Assembly: GCA_002269645.1 (NCBI GenBank)
Contig: NIVC01000597.1
Location: forward strand, 124,001 to 188,000
DNA: 64,000 nt
Reading direction: 5' to 3'
Origin: Macrostomum lignano
Lineage: Eukaryota
Part shown: positions 1-13,400 of the stretch, one piece after another
How positions within the stretch are numbered: the stretch's first letter is position 1
Layout of the letters: every line of letters begins with the position of its first letter
Position numbers and translations under genes: made by a program
Notes under the pieces: model-generated
Database searches by the model: none
Told to the model about the DNA's origin: nothing
The model's input: the letters and a program-made list of their open reading frames with translations, nothing else

Positions 1-3000
1 GCGCCTGTAGCATCCGCCAGCAGCTCGTCGAAGAACATCGGGCTGCGCCAGCGAGCCAAGAATTTCCTGCTGCAGCGGCGGCGCCGATCCGCTTCCACCG
101 CCGGCGGACCGGCAGCGACGTCGGCGGCGCGGTCTCGACGCGGCGGCGTCGATGAGCAGGTCGTGGCGCCAGGCGTCACCCGACGGCACAACAGCGATGA
201 CTGCGTCCTGCAGGAGGACGCGGTGTCGCCCCGTCAGCAGCAGCAGCAGCAACTGATGCAATCCTCTTTAATTTCTTTAAAAAAGAGACTCAGTCGATCT
301 TTGAGCTTCTTTGCTGCCTCGTCGAGCAATCGGGAAGCAGAAGAAGCCGTGCAGCAGCGACAGCCGGCGCTGCCGCCTCCCCCGCCGCCGCCACAGCCTC
401 CCCCGCCGGTTCCGCCGCAAAGGTTGCTCTCGTCGATGTCGCCAGACGAGCAGCTGATTGACAACCTGGCCGGCCTCGCCGAGCTCGTCCAATCGCGTCG
501 CTGGTCCCTGCGTCAGCTCGGCGATCATCTGGCCGCTTCGTCGGCAACCACCGGCGGAATCCCGTTGGACAGAGTCCGCCTGTGGCTGCAGCAGCGGGGT
601 CCAACCGCCTGCTCCTCGGTCGGCTGTGCCGCCAAATCCACTTGGCGACACTCGGCGACTTCGTCGACGGCAGCCGATTCGCCTTCGCAGGCGTCGGGTC
701 TGGAGCTTCGTCAACCGGTTGAACTGTCGGCCGAGGACCAAGCCAAGCTGGACCAGATGCTGCACCAGCTGGCCAGCGGCGCGTCCGTCACTCTCAGGCG
801 GAGCTGTCGGCGTCGTGGTTGCCAAGACTCGGACGCCATGGCAACAAGCGAATGCTCTTCCTCATCCACCGTTGCTGCCGCCGCTGCATCCGCCGCCTCT
901 GCCACCTCCGTTGTCCCCGCGAACCTGACGGCGCTTGGCTGCGCTCGCCGGCAACAGTCGGCGACAAGTCGCGAGGCTCGAGAGCTTCGACTGCATCAGC
1001 GACTGTCCAGCGGTGAGGATGAGACCCGATTCCCCCTGTTTCAAATGTCCTTTTACTGCTTTTCTCCCGTGCCCCCATTCTTGGCGGCCAGGAATGCAGA
1101 TCATTAGCGAAGCCTGGGATACAGAAACACTGTGTTTTCGCGGGCTGTTGGAGAGAGGCGAAATAGCTACTGACATCCTGGCAGTTGTCCGCAGCGTCAG
1201 GCATTGCAGGAGAGGCTGAATGAGAACCGCGCCCTGCATGCGTGCGCTACAGTCACTGCTTTCTGTTTATTTAGTGCAGTGCCAGCATGATCCCCCACTG
1301 GATCGAGGCTTGTATTTTCTCCCCTCCTCCCCCCCCCCCCCAACCAAACAATTCTCCTATGGGACAAGACATCTGTTAATTGCTGCAAAAATGCTTATCT
1401 TTGATTGACATGTTTTAAACTTATTTGCTGTATTGCTGAAGTGCTGCTGCTGGCTTATCTAATGTGAACTATCTAATGTGAACTCAGAATCAGTCAGTCC
1501 TCTTTCTCTATGATTTTTTAGTTCGCACATCTCTCTCTTAACTATGTCTCACCCTCTCTGACTGTCTGTCTCTCCCCTCTCTGACTGTCTGTCTCACCCT
1601 CTCTGACTGTCTGTCTCTCCCCTCTCTGACTGTCTGTCTCACCCTCTCTGACTGTCTGTCTCTCCCCTCTCTGACTGTCTGTCTCACCCTCTCTGACTGT
1701 CTGTCTCTCCCCTCTCTGACTGTCTGTCTCACCCTCTCTGACTGTCTGTCTCTCCCCTCTCTGACTGTCTGTCTCACCCTCTCTGACTGTCTGTCTCTCC
1801 CCTCTCTGACTGTCTGTCTCACCCTCTCTGATTATCTGTCTCTCCCTCTCTGATTATCTGTTTCTCCCCTCTCTGACTGTCTGTCTCTCCCCTCTCTGAC
1901 TGTCTGTCTCACCCTCTCTGACTGTCTGTCTCACCCTCTCTGACTGTCTGTCTCTCCCCTCTCTGACTGTCTGTCTCACCCTCTCTGACTGTCTGTCTCT
2001 CCCCTCTCTGACTGTCTGTCTCACCCTCTCTGACTGTCTGTCTCTCCCCTCTCTGACTGTCTGTCTCACCCTCTCTGACTGTCTGTCTCTCCCCTCTCTG
2101 ACTGTCTGTCTCACCCTCTCTGATTATCTGTCTCTCCCTCTCTGATTATCTGTCTCTCCCCTCTCTGACTGTCTGTCTCTCCCCTCTCTGACTGTCTGTC
2201 TCACCCTCTCTGACTGTCTGTCTCACCCTCTCTGACTGTCTGTCTCACCCTCTCTGATTATCTGTCTCTCCCCTCTCTGACTGTCTGTCTCTCCCCTCTC
2301 TGACTGTCTGTCTCTCCCCTCTCTGACTGTCTGTCTCTCCCCTCTCTGACTGTCTGTCTCTCCCCTCTCTGACTGTCTCTCTCTCCCCTCTCTGACTGTC
2401 TGTCTCTCCCCTCTCTGACTGTCTGTCTCTCCCCTCTCTGTCTGTCTGTCTCTCCCCTCTCTGTCTGTCTGTCTCTCCCCTCTCTGTCTGTCTCTCTCTC
2501 CCCGCTCTGTCTGTCTGTCTCTCCCCTCTCTGACTGTAGGTCTCACCCTTCTTCCCTGCCTTCTCATAAAATCATAAAAATTCAATCGGTTTCCCATTTT
2601 TTAGCTATCCCAATCCCTCTGTCTGCATCCCATGCAGTCAACTCCATCTTCTCATTCCTTTGAATCATTAGATTATTAGAGATCCTTATTATCAAGCAGC
2701 AGTCTGACAGTTGTCTGACCATGGGGCAGTGCAGGGAAGTGCCCTCGGTCACTCCAGAGGTCCTGGTTGTGAGCCTCCCTAGGCCTTTGCGAGTCCACAG
2801 CCCGGCAGCCACGCCCGCAGGCATGGAGTTCAGCCAAACGGAATCGCGTATCTTAACGCGACAAAAGAAAACAACGCCAACGACCAACGCCCTAGCAACT
2901 GTCCCAACCCCGATGAGGGCTCACCTGTCTGTCACCTGTGCTCACAGCCGCAGAATTAAAATAGGATAGTGTCGTCTAAACAATCCCAAATAAGACACGT

Positions 3001-3930
3001 CAAAAAGTGGGATTGATCTATCAATCTACTGATCTATCAATCTACTGATCTATGAATCTACTGATCTATCAATCTACTGATCCATCAATCTACTGATCTA
3101 TCAATCTACTGATCTATCAATCTACTGATCTATCAATCTGCTGATCTATCAATCTACTGATCTATCAATCTACTGATCTATCAATCTGCTGATCTATCAA
3201 TCTACTGATCTATCAATCTACTGATCTATCAATCTACTGATCTATCAATCTACTGATCTATGAATCTACTGATCTATCAATCTACTAATCTATCAATCTA
3301 CTGATCTATCAATCTACTGATCTATCAATCTGCTAATCTATCAATCTCTCAATCTACTATCGAACTCTTACTGATTTCGTATCGGTTGGCCAGACTGACT
3401 TTCAAAACCCTCAACAAGGTGGAAGCAGGCATTTGATTTGGCATTTCAGTTTGCTTCATTTTTGTCCAAAAAAGGTGCAGCTTTTTGCTAACCCAAAAAG
3501 TCCTATCGCTGAAAAATCTCCCCTTATTTTCCCCAGAGATTTCCCCAACTTTTAACTGCAGCTGCGTCATCAAAGTCTCTCCTTAGAAGCCAAAAATCAA
3601 GCCGACTTACTCTATCGCTCTCTCTCTCTCTCTCTCTCTCTACCTCTCTCTCTCTCGGAAGTCAAATAAATCGCCGAAGCCAGCCTTCACTGATCTGTCG
3701 TCAGTCACCTTCAATCCAGCCAGCAGCCGCCCTAGACTGTTTTTGCTGTTTTTTTACTTTCCAAAAAATGACAAAGCTAATCCTTCATACACTGTTTATT
3801 ATATCCAGCAGATTGATGGGTACCTGACTGCCTTTCGTGTCCCAGTCCCACACCGCTGTGCAATTCCACAGCCATGGAGATCTTTAAGGAGAATTTGGAT
3901 TGACCAGCTTCCTGACTCCTGACTCCTGAT

Positions 3931-3985
<55 letters not shown>

Positions 3986-4014
3986 TTCCTGACTCCTGAC
4001 TCCTGACTCCTGAG

Positions 4015-4069
<55 letters not shown>

Positions 4070-4266
4070 ATCCTGACTCCTGACTCCTGAGTCCTGACTC
4101 CTGACTCCTGAATCCTGACTCCTGACTCCTGAGTCCTGACTCCTGACTCCTGAATCCTGACTCCTGACTCCTGAGTCCTGACTCCTGAGTCCTGACTCCT
4201 GAGTCCTGACTCCTGACTCCTGACTCCTGAGTCCTGACTCTTGACTCCTGACTCCTAAGTCCTGAG

Positions 4267-4306
<40 letters not shown>

Positions 4307-4322
4307 AGTCCTGACTCCTAAG

Positions 4323-4363
<41 letters not shown>

Positions 4364-4364
4364 G

Positions 4365-4405
<41 letters not shown>

Positions 4406-7400
4406 GTCCTGACTCCTGACTCCTGAATCCTGACTCCTGACTCCTGAGTCCTGACTCCTGAGTCCTGACTCCTGACTCCTGACTCCTGAGTCCTGACTCC
4501 TGACTCCTGACTCCTGTCATAAGTCCTGTCTTGGGGATTGGGCCTCGTAGATTACTTTATCAGGCCTTAGAACAGGCCTTGCCGCATCGATCGAAGATCT
4601 CCATGCATGCGCACAGACCAAAACGGCGCAATCTCTCAGTTGACGCATTTCGCAATTTTTGCAAATATTCTTCAAGCTACAAGCGTTATGCTGCCAAAGC
4701 CCTGGCAATGTAGCAGGTACCGCTGTGTTTATGCATTCTTACAGCTTTGATGGGGAATTCGCTGGGGAAAGGATAATGTCAGCTGGGGCTTAGATCCCGT
4801 CTCCCATCCCCTCGCCTCCGCCCCTGATCCCGACCCGTGTTCCTCTAAGATATTCAAAGTGTCTTAAAAACTGTGCACAGTCACGCCTGTGTGTCCCCTC
4901 CTGCACTTGGCAACCAGCATTGCTGTGTAAATATTTTAGTTATGCCGCTTGGGTTCTCCTAATGGGACTTAGTGTCAGACTGTCGCTGATACTGTGCGTC
5001 AGATTGGCGCTAAAACTGTGCGTCAGATTGGCGCTAAAAACTGTGCGTCAGATTGGCGCTAAATTTTGTGTCACATTGTTGCTAAATTTTGTGTCAGATT
5101 GGCGCTAAATTTTGTGTCAGATTGGCGCTAAATTTTGTGTCAGATTGGCGCTAAAACGGTGCGTCAGATTGGCGCTAAATTTTGTGTCACATTGTTGCTA
5201 AATTTTGTGTCAGATTGGCGCTAAAACGGTGAGTCAGATTGGCGCTAAATTTTGTGTCAGATTGTTGCTAAATTTTGTATCAGATCGGCGCTAAATTCTG
5301 TGTCAGATTGGCGCTAAATTTTGTGTCAGATTGGCGCTAAAACATGTCAGATTAGGCTCCCAGCTATATCCTCAGCAGAAAGATAAATACCCAGCGGTGG
5401 TGTTTACAGTCAGAGCAAGGAAAGCCAGTTTTTGTGATTGACTGCAGGACGACAGACAGTCTGCCTGCAAAACTGGCAGGCGCAGAGCTGTGGATGGATG
5501 AGGTTTTTTTAAAACCGAATACTCCCAGCCTAGCTTAGTCCTAGTTAGTTATTCGGGAGGGGAGTTCTTTGGGCTACACTGGCTCTGCAATGGCTCTGTT
5601 TGCAATTGCTGGGGCCAGGGTGTTAGGGCCTTCCTCCCCCTCCCTTCTCCCCCCTCCCTTCTCCCCCCTCCCTTCTCCCCCCTCCCTTCTCCCCCCCTCA
5701 TCTTCCAGCATGCGTGCACGCCAGGATTTTGATGGAGTCTGGAGGGGAGAGGCGAGGATGATGAGGCACACAAGGCCAGCTGACTGCTGGAGTAAGCGAG
5801 TGAGTCAACAGCAGCAATCTCAGGGTAAAAGCCACGAGTTTGCGTTATATTTTACTAAATTTATACCCATAACTTCAGTTGGTTTCAATCGATTATTGGA
5901 GACTTTGATTTCAGTTTAAAGCTGAATAATAAAATTCGTATCCGAGTAATAGAGAAGAGGAGAGAGGAGAGAGAGGGGGAGAGGGAGAGAGAGGGAAGAA
6001 TCCTCAAACCCCAAAGCTCTGACGCGGTAACGCAGATGTTTAAGCAAGCAACGATATTTCGAATGTTATATATTCTTCGTCAGGGCTAATATGAAAAGAG
6101 AGAGGAGAGAGGGGAGAGACGAGAGGAGAGCAGAAAGGAGAGAATAAACGAAAAAAGAAAAGAGAGGAGAGAGGAGAGGAGAGGAGGGAGGAGAGGAGAG
6201 GAGAGGAGAGGAGAGTGAAGACAAGAGAGAGGAGAGATAGAAGAGGGGAAGGAGAGCCGAAAGGAGAGAAGGGGAGAGAGAAGAGGGGAGGGAGGAGAGA
6301 AGAGAGAAGAGAGAAGAGGAGAGAGAAGAGAGGGGGAGAGGGGAAGGAGAGCCGAAAGGAGAGAAGAGAGAAGAGAGAAGAGGAGAGAGAAGAGAGGAGG
6401 GAGGAGAGGAGAGACAAGAGCTGAGAAGCGACACAAAGCTTGAGCGGATTGCTACTGTGGAGAGAGAGGCTAGAGAGGCCCCGCGGGCCGGACTTTGAAA
6501 AAATAAAAACCTGGCCCTAAAATCCCAGATTATTCTTCAAAGATCTCCCTGGACCAGCCGGAGGCCAGAGGAAGAATGCGGTTCCCAGCAAGGCGAGGGT
6601 ATGGGAAAACCAAAACCCCTTTTTTCGAAATTGCGAGGCCCAGAGAGGGGCACGGAGGAGGCAAGAGAAAAATAAATAGGAAGGAAGGCGATGAGTTTGA
6701 AGTGGAGCCCCTTTTTAACGCAAAAAATCCTTGCGCCAGAACCCGACTGAAAATTCTGTTAGCCAATGCTAAGCATTGAATTTCCAGCATAGAAGCCTGG
6801 AGAGGCGGCAGGGTGATGAGGGCGAGAGAGGGGGATCGGGGAGAAATAAAGGCAGAGAACAGGGCGATGATGCAATCAGCAGATGGGGCTCCGCCTTCTC
6901 GGCTAGGATCTGGGGGAGGGGCAGGATGCCACGGAACTGGGGGGGGGGGGGCGGAGGGAGTAGAAGAAGGCTTAAAAAACTCAATATATGGATTTCCCAA
7001 CTGTGTGCGCAGATAAAATGGGGATTCATTGAGCTTTCTTATGTCAGCTTGTGGGCAAAGCTGGCAAATTTGAAACTTAGGAAAAAAATTAAATTGAATA
7101 TAACTAGAATCTTCCCAAACTAGAATCATCCCAAACTAGAATCATCCAAAACTAGAATCATCCCAAACTAGAATCATCCCAAACTAGAATCTTCCCAAAC
7201 TAGAATTGTGACATTGTGGCGATATGCTAGTGTATTTTTATTATTGCAATATTATGCTTTGTGCATTCTTAGTTAGTTAGTATTTGCGTGCGCGCTGATT
7301 GGCTAGTGTGTTTCAGTGCATGTGCACTGCGTCGGGTTGTTTGCGTTTTACGCGTGGCTAGCATGGTGGGGTCTGAGCAGTCAGGCTAACCACCCTCTTT

Positions 7401-10400
7401 AGTCCTAGGGTTGATGAATAAGAATAAACAAGTCATATAAGAGCCCAGTTGTGTGTACTGGCTCTCCACGTTCAACTTTCCTACGCATTCACTACAAGCC
7501 TTTAGCTTCAATCCATTACAATGGCGACGAGCTCCGCGCTGGGTGGAATTCCAATACTAACTGCCAATACTAACATTGAGGTCTGGCTGGAACGGCTCGA
7601 CCATTACTTTACCTGCAAGGAGGTAAAGGAAGAAGCTAAAGTGGCCACACTCGTCACTGCCATCGGTGAGGAGGCATATACCGTGTTGAGAAACCTGTGT
7701 CTACCTGCCAAGGTCTCCGACAAGTCTCTGGCCCAGCTGACCAAGATTCTGGAGGACCACTACGCTCCAAAGCCGTCCGAGTTGGCAGCCAGATTTCGGT
7801 TCCAAAGACGCCTGCAGCAGCCTGGCGAGAGCCTTGCCGAGTTTGTTGCCAGCCTGAAGGCCTTGTCAAGTCACTGCAATTTCAGTGCTTCCCCGTGTGA
7901 GCACTGTCACTTCGGCGGCACTCTAGACGAGCGACTGCGAGACCAGCTGGTTTTCGGCCTGCACAGCGATGCCTACCGAGCGAAGCTGCTGGAGGAGAAA
8001 AATCCCACCTTCAACTCGCTGCAGGAGAGAGTTCTATCCCTCGAGGCAGTGGAGCGGTCATCATCGGAGATGGCGCAGAAGTCAGCAGCACAAGTAGCCC
8101 AGCTGCTCGCTCACCAGCTGAATAAGCGCCAAGGACCCAAGCCAGCGCTCGAAGGTTCGCAGCAGCGCAAGGGCGGTGGCAACAACAGCAGAAGCGGAGT
8201 CGGCAGCAGCGGCAACACCGGCAACACCGGCAGTGGCACCTGTGCAAGCTGCGGCGGTGCTCACAGTCGCCAGCAGTGTAAGCTGCGAGACGCTAAATGC
8301 CACGCGTGCGGAAAGACGGGCCATATTCGCAAGGTCTGTCGCTCAGCCAAGCTGCATTTTCTACAAGAAGCGACACCGACACCACCACCGGAAGCCTCCG
8401 CGCAGCTGCCGATTTTTGCCGTGCAGCCGGCTGGTGGCCACGCAGGTCCGACGGTGCAGCTGCAAGTCAATGGCCAGCCATGCCGGTTCGTCATCGATAC
8501 GGGCTCCGCCGTCACTCTGATGCCCGAGTTTCTGCAGCTCATGCTTCTGCCGCGGCTCTCCATGTCACCGTCCGTTGCTGTCCTACGCACCTTCACCGAC
8601 GAGCAGTTCCGCCCTCTCGGCCAAGCGTTGGTCTCCGTTCAGCAAGATGGTCAGCAGCTGCAGTTGCCCCTGCTGATCGTCAAGCACGGCGACACGGCCC
8701 TGCTCGGTCGCGACTGGCTGGCCAAGCTGCGGCTAGACTGGCCGAGCATCATGGCGCAGGTTCACGCCGTCCACGACTCCGAAGACATCGGCAGCATCGT
8801 CAAGGAGTTCGCACCAGTCTTCGAGGACGGCCTAGGCGAGTTCCGGCACGGCCAGGTGCGGCTTCAAGTCTCCGAGGACGCTCAGCCCAGGTTCTTCAAG
8901 GCGCGGCCGGTCCCCTACGCGCTGCGCGAGCGCGTCGACGCCGAACTGCAGCGCATGGAGTCCAGTGGCATCATAACCGCCGTGAAGCACAGCGACTGGG
9001 CTGCGCCGATCGTGCCGGTCGTCAAGAAGGATGGCAGCGTTCGGATTTGCGGAGACTACAAGCTGACATACAACGCGGCGAGCAAGCCGGAGCACTACCC
9101 GCTGCCCCGCATCGAGGACCTCTTCGCCAAGCTCGGCGGCGGCTGCAAGTGGACCAAGCTCGATCTGTCCAACGCCTTCTTGCAGCTTCCTCTGGCCGAC
9201 GACAGCAAGGCGTTTCTCACTATCAACACGCCCAGAGGCCTCTTCCAGGTCAATCGCCTCCCATTCGGCATAACGAGCGCCAGCGCGATCTTTCAACGCA
9301 CCCTGGACACCCTGCTGGGAGACCTGGATGCCGTCCAAGTCTTCGTCGACGACATTCTGGTCACCGGCAGCACCCTGCAACAGCACAAGAGGAACCTGGC
9401 GCTGGTCCTGCGGCGCTTGAAGGATGCCGGCCTGCGGCTCAACAAAGAGAAATGCAAATTCTTCGAAGACTCTGTTGAGTACCTCGGCCATCGGATCGAC
9501 GCCAGCGGACTCAAGCCGCTGCCGGACCGGGTCGCCGCCGTCCAGGACGCGCCAGCACCCAAGGACGTCAGCCAGCTGTGCTCGTTTCTGGGCATGCTAG
9601 CGCAGTACTGCAAGTTCCTGCCCAACTTGTCTACCGTCCTGGCGCCGCTCCACCAGCTCTTGGCCAAGAACACCCGCTGGTCATGGAGGCCACCGCAGCA
9701 ACAGGCATTTGCAGAGGCCAAGCGGCTGCTGCTCGAGTCTCCGGTTCTCGTGCACTACAATCCGAATCTGCCGCTGCGATTAGAGTGCGACGCCTCTCCC
9801 TACGGCCTGGGGGTCGTCTTGACGCACCGCATCGACGACAAGGACTGCGCGGTCGCCTTCGCCAGCCGCAGCCTAACAGCAGCGCAGCGCGGCTACTCCC
9901 AGCTGGACAAGGAGGCGCTGGCCATCATGTTTGGTCTGCACCGGTTTCACCAGTTCCTCTATGGCCGGCGGTTCACCATCGTCACCGACCATCTGCCGCT
10001 GCTGGGTCTGCTGGGCGAGCGCAAGGGCATTCCGGCACACGCGGCCGCCCGGATGCAGCGCTGGGCCATTCGGCTGTCGAGCTACGACTACACGCTGGAG
10101 TTCCGGCCGACCGAAAAGCATGCCAACTGCGACTCGCTCTCGCGGCTGCCGCTGCCGCACCTGTTCGAGGAGGAGCCGGCCGTCAACTCGCTGCTGCTCG
10201 ACGAGGGCTCCGGATCGGCCATCACGGCGCTGGCGGTGGCGCGGCACACTAGGACAGACGTCTCACTCGGTCGGGTGCTTCGCTGCTTGCAGACCGGCGC
10301 GCCCATCGGCGACGACCTGAGCGACTTCGCCCGGCGGCAGTCGGAGCTGTCAGTCGACCAAGACTGTGTCCTGTGGGGCGCAAGGGTCGTTGTGCCTACA

Positions 10401-13400
10401 GCGCTGCGTCGACGCGTGATCCAAGAGCTACATCAGGCGCATCCCGGCATCAGCAGAATGCGCGCCCTGGCTCGCAGCTACGTGTGGTGGCCCGGCCTCG
10501 ACGGCGATCTGGAAGCTGCGGCCAAGTCCTGCCGCACCTGTCAGCTCAACCAGCCCGACCCGCCCAAGGCGCCGGTGCAACCGTGGCCTCTGCCATCCGA
10601 ACCGTGGGAGCGCCTGCACATCGACTTTGCCGGTCCGGTCGACGGTCATACGTACCTGGTGGTAGTCGATGCTCATAGCAAGTGGCCGGAGGTCCAGCGG
10701 ATGCGCGGTACAACGTCGGCGGCCACCATCGCGGCTCTGCGGGAGATGTTCGCGCGCCAAGGCATTCCGCGCACCCTGGTGTCCGACAACGGGCCGCAGT
10801 TCGCCTCCGCCGAGTTCGCCGAGTTTACCCGGGCCAACGGCATTCGTCACGTGTTCTCGGCGCCGTTTCATCCCGCCACCAACGGCCAGGCCGAGAGGTT
10901 TGTGCAAGTCCTGAAGCGACATCTGCTCAAGAGCGGCCACTCTGACGTCGAGCTTCAGCGACTGCTGCTCAGCTACCGCAACACCCCACACAGCATCAGC
11001 GGCGCAGCCCCGAGTCAGCTGCTCATCGGCCGTCGGCTTCGCTGCCGTCTGGACCTCCTGGCACCGTCGCTGGCTGACGACGTCCAACGGCGGCAAGAGC
11101 GGCAGCTGCAGGGACACAGACCAGCGCGCGAGTTTCAGCCGGGTGATCACGTACTCCTCCGCGACTACAGCGCCGGCGCGAAAGCCGGCGACACGCCACG
11201 CTGGGCTGAGGGTGTCGTCACGGGCGCCGGCAGCCGCAACTACACGGTTGACTCGGAGCGAGGCCAGCACTTCCGGCACGCTGATCAGCTAGTGGCAGCC
11301 CGCGCTGACTCCGCCGACACCGTCCATCCGCCGCCTGCTACGGATGACGGCGCCGCCCTGAGTGACAGCGGCGTGCAAAGCGCTGACGCCGCAGCCGTCG
11401 CCGACACGGCCTGCGCGGCGTCATCCGGCACTGACGACGAGCATGCGAGCGGCGTGCGACACGAGCCGGGCACTACTCGGCGGTACCCACTGAGGGTTCG
11501 AGGCCCACCTCAGAGACTTCAGCTGTGAAGGGGAGAACTGACTCAGGGGGGAAGTGTGACATTGTGGCGATATGCTAGTGTATTTTTATTATTGCAATTT
11601 TATGCTTTGTGCATTCTTAGTTAGTTAGTATTTGCGTGCGCGCTGCTTGGCTAGTGTGTTTCAGTGCATGTGCACTGCGTCGGGTTGTTTGCGTTTACGC
11701 GTGGCTAGTGTGGTGGGGTCTGAGTAGTCAGGCTAACCACCCTCTTTAGTCCTAGGGTTGATGAATAAGAATAAACAAGTCATATAAGAGCCCAGTTGTG
11801 TGTACTGGCTCTCCACGTTCAACTTTCCTACGCATTCACTACAAGCCTTTAGCTTCAATCTATTACAAGAATCATCCCAAACTAGAATCTTCCCAAACTA
11901 GAATCATCCCAAACTAGAATCTTCCCAAACTAGAATCATCCCAAACTAGAATCATCCAAAACTAGAATCATCCCAAACTAGAATCATCCCAAACTAGAAT
12001 CTTCCCAAACTAGAATCTTCCCAAACTAGAATCATCCAAAACTAGAATCTTCCCAAACTAGAATCATCCCAAACTAGAATCATCCAAAACTAGAATAATC
12101 CCAAACTAGAATCATCCCAAACTAGAATCATCCAAAACTAGAATCATCCAAAACTAGAATCTTCCCAAACTAGAATCTTCCCAAACTAGAATCATCCCAA
12201 ACTAGAATCATCCAAAACTAGAATCATCCCAAAATAGAATCTTCCCAAACTAGAATCAACCCAAACTAGAATCATCCAAAACTAGAATCATCCAAAACTA
12301 GAATCTTCCCAAACTAGAATCATCCCAAACTAGAATCATCCCAAACTAGAATCATCCCAAACTAGAATCTTCCCAAACTAGAATCATCCCAAACTAGAAT
12401 CATCCAAAACTTCAATCATCCAAAACTAGAATCATCCCAAACTAGAATCATCCCAAACTAGAATCATCCCAAACTAGAATCTTCCCAAACTAGAATCATC
12501 CCAAACTAGAATCATCCAAAACTAGAATCATCCCAAACTAGAATCATCCAAAACTATAATCACCCAAAACTAGAATCATCCCAAACTAGAATCATCCCAA
12601 ACTAGAATCATCCCAAACTAGAATCAGCCCAAACTAGAATCATCCAAAACTAGAATCATCCCAAACTAGAATCATCCCAAACTAGAATCTTCCCAAACTA
12701 GAATCTTCCCAAACTAGAATCATCCCAAACTAGAATCATCCCAAATAGAATCTTCCTAAACTAGAATCTCCCCAAACTAGAATCTTCCCAAACTAGAATC
12801 ATCCCAAACTAGAATCTCTTCCAAAACTAGAATCATCCCAAACTAGAATCATCCCAAACTATGAATAGAATCTTCCCAAACTATAATCCTCCTAAACTAG
12901 AATCTTCCCAAACTAGAATCTTCCCAAACTAGAATCTTCCCAAACTAGAATAATCCAAAACTAGAATCTTCCCAAACTAGAATCTCTTCCCAAACTAGAA
13001 TCTTCCCAAACTAGAATCATCCCAAACTAGAATAATCCAAAACTAGAATCATCCCAAACTAGAATCATCCCAAACTAGAATCATCCCAAAATAGAATCTT
13101 CCTAAACTAGAATCATCCAAAACTAGAATCATCCCAAACTAGAATCTCCCCTAACTAGAATCATCCCAAAATAGAATAATCCAAAACTAGAATCATCCCA
13201 AACTAGAATCATCCCAAACTAGAATCTTCCCAAACTAGAATCATCCAAAACTAGAATCTTCCCAAACTAGAATCTTCCCAAACTAGAATCATCCCAAACT
13301 AGAACCTTCCCAAACTAGAATCTTCCCAAACTAGAATCATCCCAAACTAGAAAAAGCATATATTTGATGCAGTGTAGTTCTAACGAAACTACCGAAAACA

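Larger units (their letters stand above)
7107..13350. repeat. 16-bp minisatellite (aaactagaatcatccc)n interrupted by the LTR element (arms 7107-7206 and 11868-13350)
   Basis: Same unit on both sides of the LTR retrotransposon. Confidence 0.95.

Noticed and set aside
4995-5340. Repeated ATTGGCGC (CCAAT/E2F-like) motifs
   Set aside because: Intronic satellite with no nearby supported TSS; motif too short
8261-11279. Long alternative-frame and antisense ORFs within the retrotransposon
   Set aside because: Expected by-product of GC-rich codon bias in gag-pol; no motifs
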